Notes: a model not told the origin generated them from the sequence alone. Counted from the first letter of the stretch, positions 1-12,979 are shown. The stretch is DNA of 64,000 nt from Auanema rhodensis (GCA_964057225.1 OZ059898.1:7936001-8000000); one strand, 5' to 3'. Translations and numbers: made by a program.

Positions 1-1347
1 ACCAATAAGACGTTTAACTTAAAGTAAATCATAATGTATAACGAGTCTTCTAATTCTAAAATATTTAAGACCATCCGCACAATGTGCTCAGATTATTGAC
101 CTCTCTGTGGGACCAGTTACACAATTAATTTGGGATAAAACGTCCAGTAACGGATTATTAGCTGTAACTCCGAATTCAAGCAAAATTATGGTATGCTTTG
201 ATGCGCATATATAAAGTTAGACTTGCCTTTTTAGGTGATAGACGCTAGCAATGGCGAGGTTGATTCTTTAGGTGCGTGGACAGGTGGATGTATAACCCGG
301 ATTATACCAGCGCCTGATGGAAAACAATTAGCAGTTTTATATATCGGAAATCTCATAAGGTTGACTAAAGTTGAAAAAAAATTATTTTGTTTCTTTTAGA
401 GTCTATGATAGAACTTCGTGGAGTTCTGAGAAGTGGAATAACTTAGATGGGAGAGCAGTTGATGCTGTATGGTCACCAAATGGAGGTAAGTTTTTTTTTC
501 TGACATTTTTTCTATTTTATCATTTTAGATTGCCTTGTTTTTTCCACTGAAAATAGTCATAAGCTTTTCTCTATTTCTTTCACTCGAAAAGAGATAATAA
601 ACGAAGATGGTCGGACAGAGACGTAAGTTTCTATTTCTAGTTTCATATATTTCAGCATTTTTCAGAAAATTAATAGGTGAATCAGTAGCTCAACCAGTGT
701 ATGATGTTAGTGCTGTTGAATTTGATGCATCAGAGCTCAATGTTCTCAACGCAGTGGAAAGACCTATTCAAATTATCGGAGGCGAAGTTCAATCATTATC
801 TTTAAGTCCTGATGGCCAAAGGCTCACTGTTCAATTCAAACGTACGCTCTATCTGTTTTATATTATAAATTTATGTATTTTAGATAATCCAGAGGTTTTC
901 GCTCTATTTGTTGTTGACTGGTATCCAGTTTTAAGGCTTATTCCAATGTATTTTAGGTGTATTTTACCTTTAATCATTTTGTTTTTATAGTGGGTTGGTG
1001 GAAGCTCCCGCTTATGGTAATGTGGTTATATCCCAATTTGTCCCACAGTTCAACTATGGATCACTTCTCTGCATTGTAATCTCCTTTTTTCTTTAATGTC
1101 TGAATTTATTTCTTTGTAGGTTTGGTCTGGTGGTAAAGTACAATATTTACCTTTAGTTTATGGTAATAATGCTTCCTATGGAGTTGCCGGAAATATATTG
1201 GGCTATAATCCTAATAATTCTAATAATTTTAATAACATATCTCTTTATCAACACTCGATTGATAACTCTTTGAGATCCGTTGATCTCTCAATGAGTTTAC
1301 GGGATTCTCTACATAATGAAACAGGTGCTTCCGGTGATAAACATTAA
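1..1347 (+). CDS. AAAS: Aladin-like WD40 nucleoporin, 5'-truncated, multi-exon
   Basis: Spliced exons (approx. 1-23, 70-190, 235-359, 400-485, 529-622, 666-841, 883-947, 991-1075, 1120-1347) give WD40 repeats with Aladin-type motifs: WSSEKWNNLDGRAVDAVWSPNGDCLVFS, IGGEVQSLSLSPDGQRLTVQFK, QFVPQFNYGSLLCIVWSGGKVQYLPL. TAA at 1345-1347. Confidence 0.85.
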
Positions 1348-1498
1348 CTAATTTTTATTTTTTCCGGGTTATTGAAATGCATGTACATTACTATATGGTA
1401 AATTAAAGCTCTAATTGTTTTTCTATATACAAGAGATCTTAAAAAAGCTCAAAAACTAGCTCAAATACAGAACTGAAGAGCAAGCAGAGAAAAAACTA

Positions 1499-2118
1499 TT
1501 AATAAAGACACGTTTTCTTCATAATATCGAAAAACTCCTGTTCATTAACTTTACCATCGGTACTTCCATGAGATGCTTCTTTAATCATATCGTTTAACTC
1601 TTCAATGGCCAAGTCTTCTCCAAGTTCTTTGGCGACCTAGAAATCAATGTAATAATTATGGGTAAAGAAACTTTGTTAATACCTGTTTGAGATTTTCAAC
1701 TGAAATCCACCCTTTTCCTTCTTTATCAAACAAACGGAAAGCACTTCGCATCTCCTCTAACGACTTATCGGTTTCAGTAGTATCTTTTAAAAGGTCCAAG
1801 AACTCTCCAACATCGATAGAATCGGGATCTTCAAATAAGAAGATTAGAGTTTTTAAACATTATACGATTTACTTTCTTGTCCTTTAACGGTTTTAGATTT
1901 CATATCCTTGATCTTTTTAGTCATTGTCTCGATCTGGGCATTTCTAGGATCAAACCCCAAACCTCTCATCACAAGCTAAATAAAATAATATAAAAAATAA
2001 TCAGAAAAAAATAGCCCACTTTAAGATTAGAAATCTTAAGAAGACTGGGTGAATTCGAATCTAGAAGAGCAAAAGCTGCTTCTACTTCCTCTTTGGTTAC
2101 TTGAAGAGAGTTCGACAT
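1499..2118 (-). CDS. Divergent centrin (EF-hand protein), 4 exons, about 160 aa
   Basis: Spliced product [20 protein letters not shown]...[13 protein letters not shown]...[34 protein letters not shown]...[12 protein letters not shown]. Matches centrin hallmarks MRALGF, NLKRVAKELGE and C-terminal MKKTSLY. TTTAG acceptor 3 nt before the ATG. Confidence 0.88.
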
Positions 2119-2278
2119 GATCTAAACAATAGGTGTAATTAAAAGTTGAAAAAAAGCGAAACAACAATAATAACAGATAATAAGTATTGAGATAATAAAC
2201 TTGTTCAGTTAAAGAAAGAACAGTAAAAAAAATCCTTTAACTAAATATATTATTTAATACGATTTCCTATGTTTATAT

Positions 2279-3452
2279 CTACATGTATAATCTATAAATT
2301 AAAGTTGGAGCATCAACATTAGAGAAAAATGGATACATAGATGTATGATTATGACGACTACGATCACTGAATGAATAGGTAGAATATTGATACGACACTT
2401 CATCTATTTTAATTCCATTTTCTTCTGAAAATAAAAAAAATTGTTGCCATCCAGCTAACGAAAACAGGCAAACCTAATGTATTCCGAAAAGCTTGCAATG
2501 TTTCTGGGTTACGAACAGTACTAGCTACAAAAGCCATAGCTCCTGGTTTTGATGATAATACTTCCCGCAATACAGTACTTAATGGAGGAAGGATGGCTTT
2601 ATCGTAGACAACATCAGCAGCAACAATAATATCCGGAACTTTCTCCAAGTCCTTAATTTGAAAGCTTGACCACTCTAAAGGTATCACATTCACTCGACCA
2701 TTATTCTGCAAAAAAAATAAATATAAAAAATAACCAAATATTATATAATTAGTTTACCTCCATGAAGGATTCAGTGACATTTATCTTTAGTTGTTCCAAA
2801 ACTTTAGGATCGTAATCAGATAAATCTACGCTACATGAAGGAAAAGTTGAAGCTATAGCAATGCCTGTTAATCCACAACCAGCACCCAATTCCAAAATAT
2901 GTTTATCAGAGCAGTCGATGAAAGATGTTACAAGATTAGCTAAGTGGCAAGATGCCTGAATAGCCAGTATGAGATAGAAAAAAAAGAATAAATATACCTG
3001 CCAAATAGAGAGTCCGGTAGTTCCATGACAAAGTTGCTGATTGGATTCACGAATGGCACATCGCACTTTCTTGCCATCGTCGGTGAGATAGAGGCGATAT
3101 GAAAACTCATCGGAGTCACTCATGCATTGTGCAACTGCATCATAAATCTCATCAGGGACCTCGAGCTCTGCTGCTTCTGCCTATATTCGAAGATTGATAT
3201 ACTGTCGCAAAGCAAAAACACACTAATGCCATAAGCTCTTTGAACAAGCTTCTTCGGAAACTCTGACGAACAGGTCTACGATCAAGAATGTGGCTGTTTA
3301 CTACATGAGATATAACATCTAATCTATCTACGCATTTTGCAACTATTTCAGTCGGTATTTTAGTTCCAGAAAAATAGCATCTAGTGAAAACAATAATTTC
3401 CTGAAAATATTATCGTTGCAGTGAAGCAAATTTAACATCTAACCTCTGGCAT
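2279..3452 (-). CDS. EEF2KMT: EEF2 lysine methyltransferase (FAM86A/Efm3 family), 6 exons
   Basis: Seven-beta-strand methyltransferase motifs GTTGLSIWQAS, ILELGAGCGLTG, LSDYD, IIVAADVVYD and ASTVRNPET, preceded by a FAM86-like N-terminal segment (ILDRRPVRQSFRRSLFKELM). 9-nt first exon MPE at 3444-3452; TAG at 2279-2281. Confidence 0.88.
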
Positions 3453-3474
3453 GTCTTTGAATAAAAAACCAGTC

Positions 3475-3940
3475 TCATTCTCTATTCCGTCTATTGAGCT
3501 TGTTATAGAGTTTTTCAACGGACCGGACGTCTAAATGTGTAAGATGTTCAGTTATAAAATAGCAATAAACTAACTATAAGCTGTTTGAGGAGGGAGATAC
3601 TCTGGTCGCTCATATGGAATACCGTAATGTTCAGCTTGAACCAAACGTTGCTCACACTTGTAAATTAACTTACCAATCTGATTTATATCAGACACCTTCA
3701 AGAATTATTCAACTAATTCTAATAACGTAATGAACTCACAGTTTTATTTTCACGGAAAGTCTGTTTTGCTTCTGCGATAATCTCAGCTCTTTCTAAGGAT
3801 GTACTGACTGGATCATGAGCGTTCCAAGTTTTACCTAAAAACATTATATAAAATTGACATCATAATAATTTCTTACCTAGGTTTAGAACTTGTTTGTAAA
3901 GTTGTAGAACGCGTTTTCTATGCGAGAACACGGAAGACAT
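3475..3940 (-). CDS. LYRM1: LYR-motif protein LYRM1, 4 exons, 111 aa (absent from ORF track)
   Basis: Exons 3940-3877, 3834-3740, 3695-3575, 3530-3475 give MSSVFSHRKRVLQLYKQVLNLGKTW...EIIAEAKQTFRENK...EQRLVQAEHYGIPYERPEYLPP...RSVEKLYNKLNRRNRE*. Contains the LYR-like LYK motif, the downstream FR.N motif and the LYRM1-type HY.IPY.RP..LPP motif. Introns are 42-44 nt. Confidence 0.88.
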
Positions 3941-4185
3941 ACATGCAATTTCAGTTTAAAGTTGAAACACCCTCGGTGATCTGTTGAGTAGAACTACACA
4001 GTTGATTGTAAAAACAGTGCATTGAAATAATCAATAGGAAAAAACTAAACTAATTGAAACTTCCGCTAATAAAAATCTTTTATATAGAATGAATATATGC
4101 TTATGGCTATATAAACTGAGAAATGAAAGATCATTAAAAAGAGTCATGATATGAAATGATAGGAAATATGAAAAAAAGTTGAAAA

Positions 4186-7100
4186 TTAAGCAGATTCGAT
4201 AGTAATATTACTTAGAATTTCTAATAGCTGAACGGCTAATTCTCTAACAGACATATCTGGAGAGGAAATAATCAATTTCTTAGCTGATGGGAGAAGAATG
4301 GAAAAAAATTCTTTCATTTCATTGGCAGGTAGATCAAGAAGAAGCTGGAACGGTGCCAAACAAATATCCCGATATGCGAGAAGACGATAAGAATCCGGAT
4401 CGGTCTTTACGAAATATGGATTATCGGTTAAGTTTATCATAAAAACACCTGAACTGATTCTACTGGTTCACTTGAACTGGAATTTATCACGCTCATGAAT
4501 GGATTTTGCCGTTCAATTACTGGTTTCTTGATCGGACGATTAGTTCGAAAAGCTAAAGCACGTATGAAACCTCAACGAAATACATGATAGTAACCTGAAT
4601 ATATATCAGCAATTTCATTTTCAGTGACAACTTTATATAGTTTATCGGCATCTATCTCAACCAATCGAAAATCCAGATGCTAAAAACAAACTGTGATTTT
4701 GAAGCGACTAACGTCAAGTGTGCGTGATTCGATTACTAAGTGACAAAAAAGGAAAACTAACTTGTGTGCGATGCTCACGCATAGCTACAGCCATTCTTCT
4801 AAAAGCAGTTCCACTCTCTATTCTCTTGAATTCAGCTATAATCATATCTAAAGAACGACCTAACTGATGCATAGCTTCAGTACTCCTGCAAAATACAATG
4901 TTGGGAAAATTTGTAAAAATAAAATTTAGTTACTTCGTCATTCTTGCTTGATGAAATAGAGATACAACTTTAATCAAACCAGCAGAAACCAACTGCTTGA
5001 ATAAATTTGGATGTTCTAAATCGCTACATTTGGAAATACAAGCAATAGCTGTAACACTATGATCAAATTCTCTTGCAACCTGAAAGATTTAAGTTTTAAG
5101 AAAATTTAGTTTTAAAATTACTTGGAAAGAAGCATCAAGACAATAATATAGCGAACATCTTGTAGCATTAGTAATTTTCTCTAAAACCTTAAACATTTTG
5201 TCCAGTTATTATTATTCTTTATTTAATTTTAAAATATACTTTTAATGAAGCTGCTTGAGAGAGTACACGAGTCATTTGATGAGGTATTGTTGTTGGAGAA
5301 AGTAATGAACCTATCAATTGCAAAATGACTTGATGTGCTAAAAGCGAGGACACAACATGTTGTAGAGAAATTCTGAAAAAGAAGAAAAAAAAAGAAATTT
5401 CAATTTAAACCGAAGTTTATACCTAAAACGATGTCCATTATTGATGAAAATGAAATCATTGCGACGAGGAGTAGGTGGTTGCTGATCAGCAGATTCTACA
5501 TCCTCTTCATCGGAACTATCTTGATCAAATGTACTTTTCTTCTGTACTTCCACATAAAACACCTAATAAGACATTTATATATTGATTATTTAAAATAATT
5601 TATTTAACCTGTTCAGCTAGAACTCGATCCATCATTGTAATGCTAGCTGTTTTATCAATCAACAATCCACTATCACCGTTACAACGTTCAGCAGTCTCCG
5701 ATGTTACAAGTGAGGTTAGAAGTCTTATTGGATGCAATGTCACAGAGCTAAACACTTAAGGATTATCTTGGTGATTTTGAAGTACAAACCATCCATCCCA
5801 CAGTGCTTTTTGTAAAATAGTCCATTGAAGTTCATTAAAGTTTGCTGAAGTAGTAGAGAGATGACGCAAACATGCTGCACCAACACGACTAAAATCGTTT
5901 GGCTGTCCTGAACATTCTACAGCAACACGACATCCATCAGCCAAAAGTCTGCTGCTCCAAGGAGAATCTGCATATTCAAATATATATTTGATTTGATGAG
6001 TAAAGAAACCTTCATGACCAGTTATAAATTCCAAAACAATTTCTGTACATGTGCCCAAAGCTTGCTTAATATTTCGGCACTCATCCGCTTCTTTCGGACG
6101 TCTAAGCCATTTCTGAACATATGGGAAAAGAAGTGCTGACACACAGAATGCAGCAGTATCAAATCCTAAATATGGAGAGCAAAATACATGTAAACAAGGA
6201 AGAAACGAACCAAAATCTGTGTCTCGAATAGATATCAGCAGTTGATGGATGGACCGCAACAAAGGCGGCTGAACAGATGAAGGAGCAGTAACAAGTGTGC
6301 CACAAAGCTAAACATTCCAATATGGAATAATTCATATGAAAAATAGTTCAAAAAACAAAATAATAGTAACTTAAGAACGCTCACATGCTCAAAGAAAGTC
6401 AAAACAAGCTCAATAGAGGCTGTTTCGTGACAGGCTTTATCTATCCATGAGAGTTCACCACGTGGTACTAAAAACTAGTTGAAAACTTGCCAAAAATATA
6501 AATTTACCATCAAGTTTTCCATCAAGTTTTATGGGACTGGGATCACCTGGATTGTGTGCATAATAACCAGGATCAACAATGGCAGATAACGCTGGAATCA
6601 AAGGAAGGGTTTCAAGTAAACAGTTAACTTGATCATCTACTTCATCTATACTATTAATTCTCAAATCAGCTCTAAAAAAATATAAATTTTGAAATAAAAT
6701 TCATTGAAAATACCTATGAAGCAAATTATGACTAGGACTATGAGGAGTTCTATAAAGATTTAATAAAACAGCATAGGTTGGTTGAATTAAGTGTAATGCT
6801 GCTTCAGATAGTTGACTATCCAGTTCTGTGGTTTCAGTTGATTGTAAGAAATGAATAATACATGCAAAACAGTCCAAAAGTGACCAAGATAGAATACCAC
6901 TGAAAAAAGTAAAAAGATTAAATATATGTTTATAACTTATAGAATAGTTAACAAACCATTTTTTGATATTAAGATATGTACTTATGACATCCAACACAGT
7001 CCAATGAACACTGGCATCTTCAATTGACGATGTTCGAACTGCTCGTAATGTACCAAAAAGAGGTTTCCATGCTAAATCATTCAGGATATTCGCTTAGATT

Positions 7101-10100
7101 TTAATAAAATCTCAACCTGATCGTAATGTATCCGATTTTGTTCGCACATAATCTGATAAACATAAGACGAGTTGTTGACGAGTTTCAGGTGTACAAAGTT
7201 CTGAGCATACAATTGACTGTAAAACAGATGGTTTGGTGGCATATATTGGAAAATATTACTTGGAATGGAACAAGTAGCATTTGATTAAAGCACATTCCGT
7301 TAGATTCTGCTACCAGTAAAGATGAAACACTTTCAGCTAATGCTGTAACTCCTGATCTTGATTCATCAGCACAACATGATATCTGTAAAATTAAGGATTT
7401 GAGTTGTTTTAGTAGACATACGAACCTGAGTGAAATGAGCACCAACTACGGGCCAAACAAGCATTTGATGAACTAATGGTCTAGAGTGTAAGAAACTTAG
7501 AATTTCCGAAATCTGTAAAATGAAAAGAACAGAATATCATATTGTATATGTATGTATATAATAGATCTTACTCGAGATAGTAGATTAACAGGTGGACTGA
7601 GAGCTGGAGCCTTTTGATCCGAATAAATAATACGATTCTCACTAGCATTTACTAACGAAACGCATAAATCTCGAAGAGATTTCAGATCAAGTTGACGACC
7701 ACAAAGTGAATAGAATCTGATAAAAATACTTAATGAAAATGATTCTTTTTAAGTTCTAACCTATCAACTTTAGCTATTAATACAGCTAAAGCTTTATTAA
7801 TCCCATCTCTATCTAATTCCTTATCACCGAGCATGTATTCAATACTTCGTTCACTAAATGCAACTCCCTAAAATGAATAAAAATTATTATTTGGTTAAGA
7901 TATTAATTCCTACTTCATCATTTTTTGGTTCAGGTTTCTCTTCAATTTTTTTGCGACCAAATGAAAATTTCTGAGGTTTTTCATAACACAATGCTCCATA
8001 AATGTATTTTTCTAATTCCCATACATATTCAGTACATCTAAATATATAAATATAGTTTAAATATACAAATAGTATAGTATAACTAACCGTATTACATGCT
8101 TCCAACATTCAGGAGCATGTAGAGCTACAAATGCATGATCTAAAATCATTTGCATGCTTAGTAAATCTATTCGACTAACAATAGAAAATCTGAAAAGTTT
8201 TAATTATGAATTTCTATCTGATCGTATATAAAACCTTTTTTGTTCTTCAGCAGTTGCAGATGTACGAAGTTCTTCTAAATCGCATGAAGCTTCTACAAGC
8301 TTTTCAAATATCCAACCACATCTTTCGCCTAATTCTACAAATATTTTCAATTAAATATAAGAAAAAAACTTAAATTAAGAAATTTTAATACCTAAATCAA
8401 GTGCAACATTAGTTAAAACTTGCATTCCGTGAATGGAATGCTCAATTCCTTCAGCAATTTTTTGTCGTGCACAACGTCTTTCTAAAAAAAATAGCGTGTA
8501 AATATATATTTAAGAAATATTTTAAGCTAAACCTTGAACTCCAAGGAACGTTGATAAAATGCTAACTATACAATCCCAACTAGCTGTTACTAGCCATCTA
8601 GTAGCTAATCTTTCTAAATAATTAAAAAATTAAGAAATTAAATGAAAAAATATTAAAACCTTCATATGGTTGTTTTGAAGGACCTTGTGAAATTGTCTTT
8701 AATCGCTCAACATCCGATAATAATTTATTATCAAAACCATCATAATCTATAATAATTATATTTTATATGAAATAACTATAATGATATTTGCACCTCGTAT
8801 AACATCACGAAGTGCTCCAGTTAAGCTAAAGCTATCTTGATATTCACAAATATGTTGATAAACTTTTTCCAACCAACTTTCACTAACATATACTATACAA
8901 CCACTTGATAGAATTGATTCTTTAAACTTTTCCTATAATAAATATTTAATATTATATATTATTAACTATATATATATAGAAATACCCAAGTTATTTTATT
9001 AGGACCACGTAAACCTAAACTAAGAGATGCATATGCAGTCAAATAGATAGCATCAGTATTTAGAAATTCTTGTTGAACTTTAGATTTTGCTTTAAATACT
9101 TCATTATGAACAGCCGAAAAATCTATAAAGAAATGGATATATATATATATATATATATATATAGTTGATGTATCATCTACTTACCACTGTAGAATGCTGT
9201 AGCAAAATCTAAAATAGCATTATCTATTATCAATGTTGATTTCTCTTTTTCCCATTCAATTATTTTATCAAGTAAACAATCAGCAAACTTTTTTGCTGTT
9301 ACTTTTTCACTCTAAATATTAGATTTATAAATTATATAAAATATTAATTTGTTTATACTGATTCATCATATTCTGTGCTTCTACGTTGAAATATTGGTTT
9401 GCATGGACCATCAGATTCATCTGTTGAATTCATACCGAACTTCTTAGTAAGTTTCTTTAAAGTTGCCGAAATTTCCTTAATATCTTCAACCGTGTTTACG
9501 ATTCTAGGAACTAGCTTACATCTTCGGCATAATCTTGGACCTCTTCCGCAGTTTCAGAAGTGATATCAGATGTCTGCCTATCAGTAGACGGGCGTGGACT
9601 TGAATTACCCAAATCAGATCGTGCAGTAAAGCCTAATATTTGAATTTAATTTTAAATAAAAATCAGTATATTATACTTTTAACTGATGCTTCAGGTAATG
9701 TTTGAAACATTTCTTTGAGTCGAGTACGTGTTGTAGAATCCATAATTTGTGTGGATCGGGAATAATCTAATATTCCTTGTAACTAGAAAAACATAAAATA
9801 TTAGAATATATTAGATAATATAAGGAAATAACCATAAATCCACATGTTCTAACAGAATCTAGTGCAATTTCAAAGCTAGGATCTGCTGTTTCAAAAATAC
9901 AAACAACAATCATTCGCCATAATGATAACGAACGATCTCGGGCAGCAGCTGATACTAAATCACCTATTCGACGAGGATCTGATACAATCTAAAAGAATAA
10001 CGAATAACATAAAATATATAATATATAACTTACTTTTCGAATAACTTTAATTGCTTCTGAGCGTTGTTCAATTTTTGGATATAAAAATGCTTTATGAAGT

Positions 10101-11687
10101 AATGCTTCTAAAGAGCTAGCAACTGATGGTATACCAGCCATGATTCGGATTAATTGCTCCAAAATTCTATAAACAATTTATAATATTTTTGTTATAAAAG
10201 CGTAAAATATACTGATAAAGTGCTCGATTGGCATCAGGATTTGCTATAACTGATGGACTCAATGGAAATTTATTCATCTGTCCTTGTCCCATTGGTTCTT
10301 CAGTACTAACAGTAATAGTAGTTGTACTTGATATATTTTTATCTGGAACTCCAAGAAGTCGTATCATCAAAGGACATAATTTTTCCCTTTAAAGTATAAA
10401 TTAAATATAAAATATAATTATATAATTACCATAAAAGATTAACAAATGGTATATGACTTTGAATTGTAATTGGCTGTGAAGCTAATAAAGCATTCATGGC
10501 GTCAAAGATGACAACACTTTGATCATTAGATGTAGTCATTTGGTCAAGTTTCATACAATAACTTTCCAAAAGTTTTGTAACATCTAAGTATATAGCTATC
10601 TTATCTTGTGATTCATCCTTAAATAAAGTTATATATGTTCATATAAATCTAAATAATAGGTTACAGATGCAGCATATCTATTGAAGAAATATGAAGTAAT
10701 GGATTGTGAAACTGAAGCACGGGCTGATACTCTTACTGATTCTTCTCGTGAAGCACCAAATACACGCATACATAACTAAAATTATTGTTTATTACAAACA
10801 AAATTAGTTTTCTTTTAGAAATACTTCTAATGCTTCTTCAACTTCTTGTAATGATATTCTTAATTCAGTAGAACATATCATTTCCACTAAAAGCTTAAAA
10901 TTTTAAAAAATTAGTTGAATCATAAATAGTTCTCATAAACCGTTAAGCAATAACATTGAAGTTGTGTTGACCATTGTGCTATTCCAGTCATTGAATGTAG
11001 AACCTGAAACATCTCTTCTATATGAGATGAATGGAAAAACATGTTGCCACCTGGGTTGGAAGATTATGCTGTGGATTTTCAATGGATGCGGAATGATACC
11101 GTTGATCTCGAAGTAGAACCTAAGAAGACGCCATGTTATTTGTTTATTTGTCATATAATTTAAAGGAAATTTATTAAAAACAAACCTGCACTGCATCAAC
11201 AGCATAATGAGCTGTTTTTTCATTTCCATGATCGAAGGCTAGCTCAATAGCTGATAAACATTTGTCCCTAAGATAGGGAATTGGAACATCACCATGCTCA
11301 ATTGAATTCTTGATAGCTTCTAAACAATATAAATAATATTAAAGTACATAGAACTGATAATAATCTATTTTAATTAGTTAGTAATAATTATAAAGTACGG
11401 TATTGATATATGAATTATAATAGAGATTTGTCAGATGTTTTCATATATTATGGAAAAATAAATATTTTCATTCAAATCATATCAGAAACTCATTAAAATT
11501 GTCAATTAGCATGGCTTCACAAGCATTAATGACTATTTTGGTCTAAAATGGGCCAAAAAAGCCGCGGAAAAAAATATGTTGAGGATCAAGAGTTACACAA
11601 TAATTTCATACCTTTGGCACTAGCTACAGCTTCTTTAATTTGGGCATTTTTTGATGATGAAGCTATTCCGTTCAGAGCTGTTTCCAT
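4186..11687 (-). CDS. ARFGEF3: BIG3/ARFGEF3-like large ARF-GEF/MON2-family helical protein, about 35-40 short-intron exons
   Basis: N-terminus METALNGIASSSKNAQIKEAV...YLRDKCLSAIELAFDHGNEKTAHYAVDAVQVLLRDQRY resembles the BIG3 DCB domain (LREKCLLPLQLALESKNVKLAQHALAGMQKLL). C-terminus ...PDMSVRELAVQLLEIL. Continuous minus-strand exon chain between them; internal exon boundaries not all verified. Confidence 0.75.
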
Positions 11688-12978
11688 TATTGGACATTCA
11701 GTAAGCGCTACGCGACCGCTTCGCGTACTGGGCCGAATGATGAAAAGCTTGAGAAAGGGGTGGCAAGCCTTGAGGGCATGAAAAGAGAGTGGTGGCCATA
11801 CAAGGATGAGGATGTGGAGAGCAAGAGAGATAGAGATCGAACGCTCTACTAGGGAAGAGGAAGAGAAGAGCAAATGAGATGAGAGACTAGAAGAAACCGT
11901 GATGAAAAGGCATTCGTGCCTAAAAGTTGAGAGAGATGAAAAGTAATTACAAACAGATATATATATCTATATATATTTTTCCTAACTTAAAGTATATGTA
12001 TCCCTTTTAAATTTATATTAATTATTTATTTATTCAAATAAAAAGAAATAATTTTTTTTTAAAACAAAAATTCAAAAATCAAAAGTTATCTGATAAACAG
12101 ATTTTTTTATTTAATTTTTGATATTTACAGTTAATTAAATGTGTTATTATCCTGGGAATATTGATGGAAGTTATGAAAGATGTTTTTTCATAATTTTACT
12201 AAGTTGAGAGAGAAAGAGAAAGAAAGGTATAACAGATTATTACGTTTACATCTTCATCTCATTAGATCTATTCAATAAATACGGTAATTCGTTTAAATGA
12301 TCTAGAAAGTTTTTGAATTTTTTGAAAACTTCGGATGAATTAAAGTTTATTAAAGAAAAAACCTTTTTAGTATCTTATTAATAAGAAAAAAACGTAGGTG
12401 GTTGAAGCTTTTTAAGAAAAAAATGAAAAAGCGGAATGCTTGAAGATTGAATATGAATCTATTATCAATAATATGAAAAATGGAGATATAATTGAAATGA
12501 ATTTGAAGCATAATGAGCAGGTTTGAACAAGTTTATGAACATTCTTCTTCTTCTTCTTCTTCTTCAAGAGTTAATATATGTATATTGTGATATGCTCTTT
12601 TAAATATATTTTTATTAGTTTAAAAAAATTATTAAAAACAACTATTTATTACTTAAATATTTTATAATTAAAATGGAAAATATTTTTATAATATTTTACC
12701 TCTTTCTTTCTTTCTCTCTCTCTCTCGCTCTCCTTCTGTTTTATTATATTGATTATTTAGTTGAAACATTATATATTATTGAAGTAATAATATGCATATC
12801 ATCGTGATAATGACGTCATTGTTATATAGCTAGTCTAATAATTATCCTATTTTTAGTCTAAATGTACTGCTGAAAAAGTCTTTCTACCTTCTCTCTTTTT
12901 TTCTCTTTTAATATTCTAGCTTTTTCATTCTCTCCTGTTTGTTCTCAATTCTCTCTCCCTCTTATTTTTTCTCTCACC

Positions 12979-12979
12979 T

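Noticed and set aside
11586-11873. 95-aa ORF as the full first exon of the ARFGEF3-like gene
   Set aside because: It starts at a non-ATG codon within GA-rich upstream DNA; homology begins at the ATG at 11687.
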